DNA of 54,123 nucleotides from assembly GCA_000320545.1 (NCBI GenBank), contig ADNK01002541.1, positions 1 through 54,123 of the forward strand, given 5' to 3'. The stretch is from Bigelowiella natans CCMP2755. Lineage: Eukaryota; Protista; Cercozoa. The notes beneath the pieces are model-generated. The model saw nothing but the letters and a program-made list of their open reading frames with translations, was not told the origin of the DNA and did no database searches. The position numbers and the translations under genes were made by a program. Within the stretch, counting starts at the first letter, position 1. Each line of letters starts with the position of its first letter. Of the stretch, positions 45,050 through 54,123 are shown in pieces.

Positions 45050-45797
45050 CATGAGTCATATCACTCATATGATGATGATATCCAAGATCTCTAGAATGTA
45101 GTTGTTCTTGTATTGTTTGCTTCAATTACTCAATACTCTTCCATTGATTCACTTTTTGGCCTTCGTCGTCGTCACAAAAGGGGAAACATTCTGACGAGAT
45201 GGGAGGATCTCACTCCAAAGGATAAGAATCTTATTTTACAGAGAGGTGCTAATTGTTGTCATCTGAATAATATCTGTGTCTCTCCTTCTCACGTACCGTC
45301 ATGCCCTTGAACAAATATTTCATAGTTGTGGTAATAGTACTCTGGTGTTTGATATTTTTGTTCCTGCTTACTCAAATACTCGACGACACTATTTTTTTAG
45401 ACAGCAGTGATAATTCTTCCTCTTGAATATCAGTGTAGTGCTCTGCCAATTAACTTAAAAACCATCTATATCACAGGTGGTGCTATTATTCTGGACGCTG
45501 ATGGAGAGGTGGCATCAACAATATCGATGAAGATGATGATGAAGAGGAGGATGAGGAGGAGGAGGAGGAGGAGGAGGAGGAGGAGGATAATGATAAGCGT
45601 CAAGTATTGGTGTGATATCCTCTAAAAGTACAAAAATGTGGAATATGTTGTGGTTGTCTTTCCTAACAAAACAACAGGTGCTTTACAGACATGACGACAA
45701 AGGCATTTTAGGCTATGCTGACGTTGATGAAGTAGTAGTGTTAGAAGTAGTAGTGTTACTAGTAGTGGTAGTAGTAGTAACAGTACCCAGTATGATG

Positions 45798-45841
<44 letters not shown>

Positions 45842-46024
45842 TGTGTGTATCATATTATCTTATTCTTCTATAAAACAAGCGTTCTGTGATAAATCCATGG
45901 AGTATCTGCAAATATACTAAAAATACATCAAATAGAAATATGCTACATCACTCACCATCATACACTGCGTTTACGACCGATAATTTATCAGATCGTCGAG
46001 GTTGCTACGGCTTCTTCGTCTTAA
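41331..46024 (+). CDS. Peroxiredoxin-like AhpC/TSA_2 family protein (cyanobacterial/algal type) with bipartite plastid-targeting leader
   Basis: Exon 1 MSSIYDTLRLKRAHLAVLSALSIVLVFVLLILP plus a Ser/Thr-rich transit-like region splices in frame via ~41645-41697 to 41866. Mature motifs: TQWGDFDSFEMAQRL, LVAIGIG, TGFPESKLYVD, LLAMCAGLGSPGTLQEVFRGY, YQRPFELATVRLLNM, LILQRGG, LYRHDDKGILGYA. Stop TAA 46022-46024. Confidence 0.85.
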
Positions 46025-46299
46025 TGTAGCATGCATGACTCCTATGTGGAGAAGGCTCCTGGTTCATATGTTTCTCCCGTTATTTCTTGCAGAGGAGGCT
46101 GTACGTGCCACATGACTGTGATCAGCTACAAGATACAATACATATATTGAATACACGATGATAGTTTTATATTGATGCTTAATATGCACAATTTTGACTG
46201 CAAGATGCAGGTTCATTAAACTATTGACACATTATATATTGAATCACAGCGCGGCAGTCATGCGATGCAGATGTGAGTAATGCTTAGGCGTCCTTGCCC

Positions 46300-46330
46300 A
46301 CGCGCACGCTAGCACGTCTAGCATACCAAC

Positions 46331-46374
<44 letters not shown>

Positions 46375-47000
46375 GCATACAAGACGCATGTGATGAATTG
46401 ATTAAATCTTTTAAACACGTGTCCTCCAAATGTAGCTATGCAATGTGTACATATATACATATACATATATATATATATATATATATATTTATTTATTTAC
46501 ATATCCGTCTTATATATGTATAAATCCTATGCACATGTCCTGATGGAGACAGATCGAACGCACACGCTGCATTATGCATGAATACGACATATCGAGTCGA
46601 TGATGCATAATTGTGCACGTGACCCTGCGGCTTCAAAGGCTTACATCGTGCGACTGCTACTGTACGTATGCGTACATACGACAACACTTATGTTCCCTTT
46701 ATGCAATTACAATTAATATCACATGTCATCATCCATGTTCGACTGCATGGTTGAGCATGCATGACAACGACGATACATGTCTATATCTAGATGTGCGCTT
46801 GCTAGCTTGGCGCTATCCTAGCATCCTAGCACTAGAGCATCGTATCGTGTGGCCATGTACATGCAGGGAAGACACCGCTAGACCGCAGACTGCTAGACTG
46901 CCTTACTCGCATGCTAACATGTTGCCCGATCATTGCCATTATACATACATGGTATACGTGTGCCTGTGCATATGCGTAACGCACTAGCTAGCGCACGTCG
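46300..47000. repeat. CTAG-footprint tract E (between convergent genes)
   Basis: CACG-CTAG-CACG 46305, CTTG 46798, AGCA 46828, ACCG 46874, ACTG 46889, CGCA-(CTAG)2-CGCA 46980. Confidence 0.82.
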
Positions 47001-47142
47001 TATGCATAATCATGCATTTTTTTGTGTGCATCTATGTCCGTGGTTAGACTGTATATGATCTACATAATGCAGGGACCAACAGATATAACAACATAAAGAC
47101 TATAGCCGCTGCTTTGCATACTTTATCATCACAGTATTCACC

Positions 47143-47969
47143 TTAATTGATTCCCAGCAGCTCGACTAAATATATAAATATCAATCAGAATAAGATTCTC
47201 AGCAATATACGGCAAAGCAGCACAATCATCTATTTTCATGTAGGTTGTATGATCCACTTGTTTTACCATCGAAGTATAGGGTTGCACCTCCTGGAATGAC
47301 ACCGTTGATGCCGGAAGGGCCATACGCGAGCTGCAGAGGGATCATTTATGTGATATATATAAGATATGATTAAAACAAAAACAACACTTTTGACGACCAC
47401 CAAATATGTTCCCTCTTTCTCGCACATGTAAGCGCCACACACGCAAATAATAATCAGTACATTGAAAGGGATGACAAGGCAAATAATAAAAATTACATTA
47501 GATGGGATCACAAGGCGCCGACGAGTGCCAACTTTCATACCAAGTATCGCCTAATTGGAAAATAAGTTGCAGTGGGGGACTTAAATTGTGGAGGCAGCAC
47601 CACCACCACTTTCTACCTCATCCCATCCTTTGATAACTCGTCCAACACCGGCCTGAAAACTGAAAGGCTGTCCCCTGTCGCGGCTACTGTCAAACTTCTT
47701 ACTGCTCTCGAAAGAATTCAACCATCCTGTGTAGTGAACTCTGGATAAAACATTATCATCAAAAGCAAGATATTAGTAAAAGAGAAGAAATGATCATTAG
47801 TATCATCAGCAAACCACCTCACATTATCCCCAGCCCTCGGAGTCTGGCCTGTGCCTTCAATTAGATCTTGAAATTGCAGACCGGAATTGGTGGTGATGTA
47901 GGAAGCTGCATGGGTAATTGAAGCGATAGAGAAAATGGTGAGAAGAACAAGGCGTAGAGAAGAGGACAT
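47143..47969 (-). CDS. FKBP-type peptidyl-prolyl cis-trans isomerase with signal peptide; 5 exons
   Basis: [21 protein letters not shown] signal; [82 protein letters not shown]. Confidence 0.95.
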
Positions 47970-48318
47970 CGTTGTTGATTGCTTTTGTAGCAGAAGAAGA
48001 AGATGGATGTGGCAGGATGGGGGTCAGGATGGGGGGAGACGATGAGGTTAGGATGATGCTGCGCCGCTGGAACTAATAATCAGCTTCAACCTTGTCTCCT
48101 TTTCTCATACTTTCAAGGACAAATTATTACAATTAGTTGTTATGTATGATGTCGTATTACATAAATACCATGTGATCCCTCTCTCATACTGTATGTCAAT
48201 AGTCGTACTTAGATCTTCCAAAGGGATAAAATTTGAACTTCTACAACTGCTACCCGAATGGGTACCATCATCACCATCTTCTTCTTCATCTTCTCCACAT
48301 GATCCTGCTCCTCAAACA

Positions 48319-48978
48319 ATGCATCAATCTTCAATCGTGAAAGCTGAGGAAGGTGGCGATAATACAATCCGGCTTGTGGTTGTTGGGGATTTGGAAGCTG
48401 GAAAGCAGAGTTTTTTTGAAAGCATTCCAAACTCGACAGATGCGAGCATTGGATTGAGAATTCTTACAACGAAACAAATCCAAGTTAACTTTCATGGGGA
48501 GGAGGGTGAAGAATATAAATGTGAGAACATGCTTATTTATGATACCCCTGCATTAAACGAACGCATCAAAGGGCCTTTGCGGAAGTGGATACACGCTGCA
48601 GATGGAGTGTTATATATTTTCAATCCAAGTAGCTCGAAATCATGGACAACTTTATCTGATTTTTTAAGCGATGAGTTGAAAACTTTAGGAGGAGTAAAAG
48701 CCAAACCTGGTCAGCCTGTGTACGTCCTTGAGCACCGCGATGATAAAAATGAGAAAGCAGAAGCAAGTGATTATGATGATGATAGTCCATCGATTGCTAA
48801 TGATGAGGAATGTGAGAAGTCAAGCTATATCAGAAACACATATGGATATTTATTGATGAAAACCAATTCATCAGATGGCCAAGCTATCTCTTCCATTCTC
48901 CAGAAGATGGGGAAGGAAGTTAGGAACCATAAAATGATGAAACACAAACAACAATCTTTTCGATGCAGTATAATGTAA
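48319..48978 (+). CDS. Divergent Ras/Rab-like small GTPase fold protein with C-terminal CaaX (CSIM); single exon as seen
   Basis: IRLVVVGDLEAGKQS (G1-like), LIYDTPA (G3-like), ADGVLYIFN, VYVLEHRDD (G4 position), ends CSIM*. The ORF is open from 48142, so the start is uncertain. Confidence 0.7.
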   Translation: MHQSSIVKAEEGGDNTIRLVVVGDLEAGKQSFFESIPNSTDASIGLRILTTKQIQVNFHGEEGEEYKCENMLIYDTPALNERIKGPLRKWIHAADGVLYIFNPSSSKSWTTLSDFLSDELKTLGGVKAKPGQPVYVLEHRDDKNEKAEASDYDDDSPSIANDEECEKSSYIRNTYGYLLMKTNSSDGQAISSILQKMGKEVRNHKMMKHKQQSFRCSIM

Positions 48979-49119
48979 CGACAGGCACTTGTACTAGACT
49001 TTTGGGACTGTACACATCTAGATGTACCATGACATGTGTTAAGTTGTAGAGCATGGCAATTCAATTTCCAGCGAGATCCAACAACGCACATGTGCACTAC
49101 TCTGTACTCAGTACTACAG

Positions 49120-49770
49120 CTAGATATGACAATCTAGCAATATCACGTCACGCAAAATATTTATTCAATTGCCGATATAGTATGTGCTGGCGTGAATAAT
49201 TGGATGCGCTCACATTGCTTGTTACCAATGCACGACGCACGTACCTAGCTAGCTAGGTACGCTACACGTACACACACACGCTCGGCGCATATCTAGATAT
49301 GCTAGCATAACTAGATAGATTCTGCCGGCTAGCCGGTCTAACATATCTGCCTGCTGCTAGCTAGCTAGCACTAGAGCCTGCACAACTAGACAACAAAAAA
49401 ATGGCAATGGCATTCATCCTGCTGGATCTAGTCATTGTGTTTTATGTGATGTACCGAACCACTAGACCACGCATACATCAAATGTAAACTGATCAGTTCT
49501 AGAGTTTTGCATTATTGCGCTGTTATTGCAGCCTACTTCAAAGGCGCACACCTCTAGACATTTGGCTAGCTAGATAGACATCGCTAGATCGCTATATAAT
49601 CGCGTCGACATGACGACGCAAAAACTCTTTACGTTTTTCCATGATTATCATGCTAGCATGTAGCGATCTCTAGATCTAGGTGATGCACTTGCTTGTGCAT
49701 GCTAGCATGGCTAAATGGCGGCACTGCACACGCTTACGTAATGCAGCTAACGTTCCACTAGTCCATGTAA
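49120..49770. repeat. CTAG-footprint tract F (between convergent genes)
   Basis: About 12 perfect cases: CAAT 49130, GTAC-(CTAG)3-GTAC 49241, ATAT 49289, CCGG 49325, ACAA 49382, ACCA 49458, AGTT 49495, ATCG 49580, CATG 49649 and 49698, ATCT 49666, TCCA 49754. Confidence 0.9.
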
Positions 49771-49952
49771 AACAAGATGATATATAATGATGTAATTGTT
49801 ATAAAATGTATCTTTACATAGCCACAACAAGTAGAACAGAATAAATATCATGCAAGCAATATATTTGCATTTTGTAGCTAACAAAGTGCAAGTGCAAAAA
49901 ACTGGCTTTCAATTTTTGTGCAGCAGGTAGAAATTGTAGGCTCATGATGGTA

Positions 49953-50403
49953 CTATTGAGGAGACACAGAGAATCTACCTCCCCCAACAACAGACTCTTT
50001 GAGATCGTCGATCAAATGAAAGGGACATCTTGAAAAAAGTATATTTGACAATCGTCATTCTCGCTACTTACTTGATGAAGATATTACAACGAAAGGTGGC
50101 AGCACGTGTTGTTATCATCTAATTCCGGTTGTGATCGTGACAATGCTTGAAAAAACAGTACTCACATATTCCTGAGGAGTGATAAGAATCCTCCAATTAC
50201 TACTACAACTCAGGTTCTAGTATCGCTTCCTGCCCGTCGTCGTCATTGATCTGTACTCTGGAAGAAGAGGAGGAAGAAGAATATCCGAATCAATAACACA
50301 CGAAGAATTTATATAATAAAATATATATACATATTTACATATATGTAACTTACTTATATACACAACACACACACACACACGCGCGCGCGCGTAAATATTA
50401 ATA

Positions 50404-50441
<38 letters not shown>

Positions 50442-50910
50442 AGTCGATGGCATTTAGCATGGAGACATGATTGATACATACCTCCGAAATTGGTGCTCAT
50501 TTTGGCGTTGTTTCCACCATGTGTATCCTCCAAACACACCACCCCCAATCTGACGATTATGATGATCAACAATGATCACGTTTGTGTAATCGAAGGGAGA
50601 ATAATAAATAACACACAAAATACTACTACTATCATCCTCCTCCTCTTCCTCCTCCTTAGTTTGGCATGGTTACTACTTACAATAATAGCTCCGATAATTG
50701 TCATTGTTACGATGAGGCCGACAGGTTGCTCATCCCCTCCATCACCAGAACCACCACTACCACCAGTGCTGCTAGGATCATCACCTACAGACAGACAGAC
50801 AGACAGACAGAACAATTACAACACTTTGTTATTGCTGCTGCAACAGTACTGCTACATTCATACCATGTTTGTTTTAACTTTATTGTATTCGTAGTACTAG
50901 TTACTCTGTG

Positions 50911-50944
<34 letters not shown>

Positions 50945-51104
50945 GAAGTACCCCTGGAGGAAGGATCAGGTACAACAGGATTTAGAGCTGCATCAACACA
51001 TCTTGTGTTCTGTGCCCCAGCACACTTCATCAAATTCAGCAATGCGTTTCCAGCATCCTCGGGGATACCCTAAATCATGATTTGTCAAATATTTATAACA
51101 ACAC

Positions 51105-51149
<45 letters not shown>

Positions 51150-52184
51150 TTATAATATATTGTATACATTTATATATTAGTAAATTATTGATTATATTAT
51201 TATGCTAAAAGTTTTTCTCTTTTGAGATAAGAGTTTTATGTGATAATTATTACTGATAATAATGGTACTACTGCAACTACGTCATATCTTCTTACCGGTG
51301 CACACGTTTCTTTGCATTCATTCAGAGAAACACCCAGGGGGCATGTTTTCTATCAACAACATTAATCAACTATTATTGCGGGGAGGAGGAGCTTAGTAGC
51401 CAAAGTAGTGCAAAGTAGTGGAGAGTGAGTGAGTGAGTGAGTGAGTGAGCTGTCGCGTATGAATATTATGCTCGAATAATACGTTCCGATGCAGGTACAT
51501 ACTACTGCCGTATTATCGTTCAAGAGTGTGGATTTCAGCTCCTTCTCTCATGTCAATTTATTCTGTATGTTGTAAGATATTTAGCCCATTACATTAGAGA
51601 TACAAGATAACCCTCCTATGCACTCTGAGTGCTGCTGGCACTAAAAATAAGACAACAATATGAAGAATCAATAAGTACAATAACATACGCTGCTGCATTG
51701 ATTTGTTGTGATTCCCTGGCTGGCCCCATCTTTTTAAGGGGGAGATTTGCTACAATGATAGCGCTCATTTGCTGTGATTCCGTAGTACTACTACCTCTCC
51801 AAGTTTTCCAACACAAGCAGCCAACATGCATCGTTGTCTGCAAATTTAAAAATAATGAATTATGTATATCCGCACGTTGATTTCCTTTTTGCAATTCCAA
51901 CGATTATTGGTGTTTTTATTGGAAGTAGTTTAAGTGAAATAATAGCAGGTATTAATTATTGGCTCTTTGAACGGAGGAAGTGGTAAATAATGAGGTAGAC
52001 AATAAACTTCCTAAGAATGGTGGAAATGATGATGATGATGATGATGATGATGATAGTACCCATAGATTGCTTTCGTTCTCTTCTGGATGTTTACTGGATG
52101 ATAAGGTGATCCTGGTGATGTAATGATTCATCAGATATCGTTTTGAATATTGACTAAATACGAAGTTTATCATATTGTATGAAG

Positions 52185-52220
<36 letters not shown>

Positions 52221-52800
52221 CTGTGAATTGCATATTATTGTTGTTGTTCTTCCATACCGCTGTAGTCACCGCCTCCACACGCACAACAAGCTCTGTCAGC
52301 ATACAGTCCTTTTGTGCCTTTACAATCATGGCTATTGCACGCAACATGGATGAAGTGACGTGCAACCCTCAGATGACCGTTTTTGCAAGCACCGTTTTGT
52401 CTGGATGGTGGTGTAGTAGTAGAAGTAGTAGTAGTAGTAGAAGTAGTAGTAGAAGTAGTAAAAGTCGTAGCAGTAGCAGTAGGAGTAATGCCAACAATAG
52501 TGGTTGAAAACCATAGGAAGGAGAAAGAAAGATGAGTTAGTAAATAGGCAAAATAGCAATTGATGTATTTTTCATCAGGAGCATGAGCGATACTTTACCA
52601 CGATAATAATAATAACGCTAATGGATAGTCAATGTACGATTCATGATGTATTACAAAATTGTCTTTGGAAACAAAAATGATAATAGTAAATTATTACACG
52701 TAGACAGTGCAAGAGTCTCCATCAGAATCTAGCCATGGAACATCTTCGTCGCCACGAATATTGGAGCAGGATTCAGTTTCTCCCTGATATTATATATATA

Positions 52801-52839
<39 letters not shown>

Positions 52840-53596
52840 CGGAGATGACTACTCAGAACAACCCTTCATTTGAACAAGTGTTCTTTGATTCAACCATCCT
52901 ATTATTATTATTATTATTATTATTATTGTTGTTGTTATATGGGTTGTATCTATTTGATTCTTGAGGGTGGTAGTAGTAGTAGCATTAATAATTTAAATAA
53001 TACCGAAGCAGCTCGGTAGCGTGCTTCCCTGTCGTATTCATCGTCTTCATCCTCCTCCTTATATAGTAGAAAACGACAATAAATATGTTGTAGAGTTTGT
53101 AACAACATGATCTACTCCTCCTATACGATACTCAATCGATATCAAATGATAACATTATATATTCTGTGCGTAGATCCGTAGTACTCGATGTATATCACAA
53201 TCTACTACTAACTACATCTTCTGTCCGTTGATCCGTCCTAAAGGCCACCACATCTTTGACAGTTCTCTTCAATCTTGAGTATTCTCTCAAACATCTACAA
53301 ACAAGATGAAATCTAATGTTGGATCAATATTATCAAAACTGCAAAAAAATACAGCATCAGCATCATCATTATCATCATAAATTATGGTGTAGTTGCGAAC
53401 AAACATATTTTACACGAAAACCTTGCATTATTATGTCGGGAAGCAGAGTACGTGAGGAAGTTACGCACATCAGACCATACAGTGTCAAAATCCATGGGAC
53501 ATGTACTCCTGAGACAACACAAAACATGAACAAAATACATCGAAACAACTTTTGGAGAATAACGAAACTCTGTAGATAAGTGTAGATGAAAAATGC

Positions 53597-53633
<37 letters not shown>

Positions 53634-53790
53634 GTGGGCATGCATACATTCTTGTATGAACTTCGCATATCCATGATGAAGTTGCAAAGTGGTAGTGCTG
53701 CACTAACCTGATAGATTCTACTTTCCTGTCGTAGTAATTGAGTTTGACGTAGCAGTTATCACTGAGATCATAAAATAAAACCAACGCTCA
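49953..53790 (-). CDS. Putative Cys-rich single-pass membrane/surface protein with a WxDxDG..C..Y...CCxCGGG module; 5' end unresolved and may lie beyond the window
   Basis: Exons read GETESCSNIRGDEDVPWLDSDGDSCTVY (~52785-52700), QNGACKNG...ADRACCACGGGDYS (52400-52258), KTCPLGVSLNECKETCAP (~51350-51297), LMKCAGAQNTRCVDAALNP, GS linker then VGLIVTMTIIGAII (~50785-50680). Exon joins not fully verified. Confidence 0.5.
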
Positions 53791-53998
53791 GAAACACACC
53801 GGTTATGTATCAGAGCTATGAGCTATCAAATTTGACGAAAAGAGCGGAAGGAGCCCTCGAAATAAATCAAAACCAATCAAGAAATACCAACCAGCTGCCA
53901 TTGCAAGAATTATTATATACATATCAGTAAATGGTCACACACACACACATACACACACACATACACACACACGCATGCATACAAACACACATATAAAA

Positions 53999-54054
<56 letters not shown>

Positions 54055-54067
54055 TGGGTTGTTTGTG

Positions 54068-54121
<54 letters not shown>

Positions 54122-54123
54122 TA

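Overview
Intron-rich eukaryotic nuclear DNA. A plastid protein with a signal+transit-like leader, a flagellar IFT52 gene and microsatellite-filled GT-AG introns point to a flagellated alga with a secondary plastid (chlorarachniophyte-like; inference). I could reconstruct 11 protein genes by hand: an OPR/FASTK-like helical-repeat protein (partial), a pepsin-family protease, IFT52, a mucin-stalk membrane protein, an ABP34-like EF-hand actin bundler, AP-3 beta, a PRMT-like methyltransferase, an AhpC/TSA-like plastid protein, an FKBP, a degenerate CaaX small GTPase and a Cys-rich membrane protein. The main discovery is non-coding. Six 0.6-1.2 kb intergenic tracts, each just downstream of a gene 3' end, are packed with NNNN-CTAG-NNNN, i.e. 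CTAG between a 4-bp direct duplication (about 60 perfect cases by hand count, about 40 different NNNN, with nested events). The same tracts have lost most TpA outside CTAG, and imperfect duplications mostly differ by TA vs TG/CA. This looks like the record of a recurrent, region-targeted 4-nt staggered cut with CTAG insertion, plus a TpA-eroding process. I do not recognise it as a described system. All counts and exon coordinates are manual.
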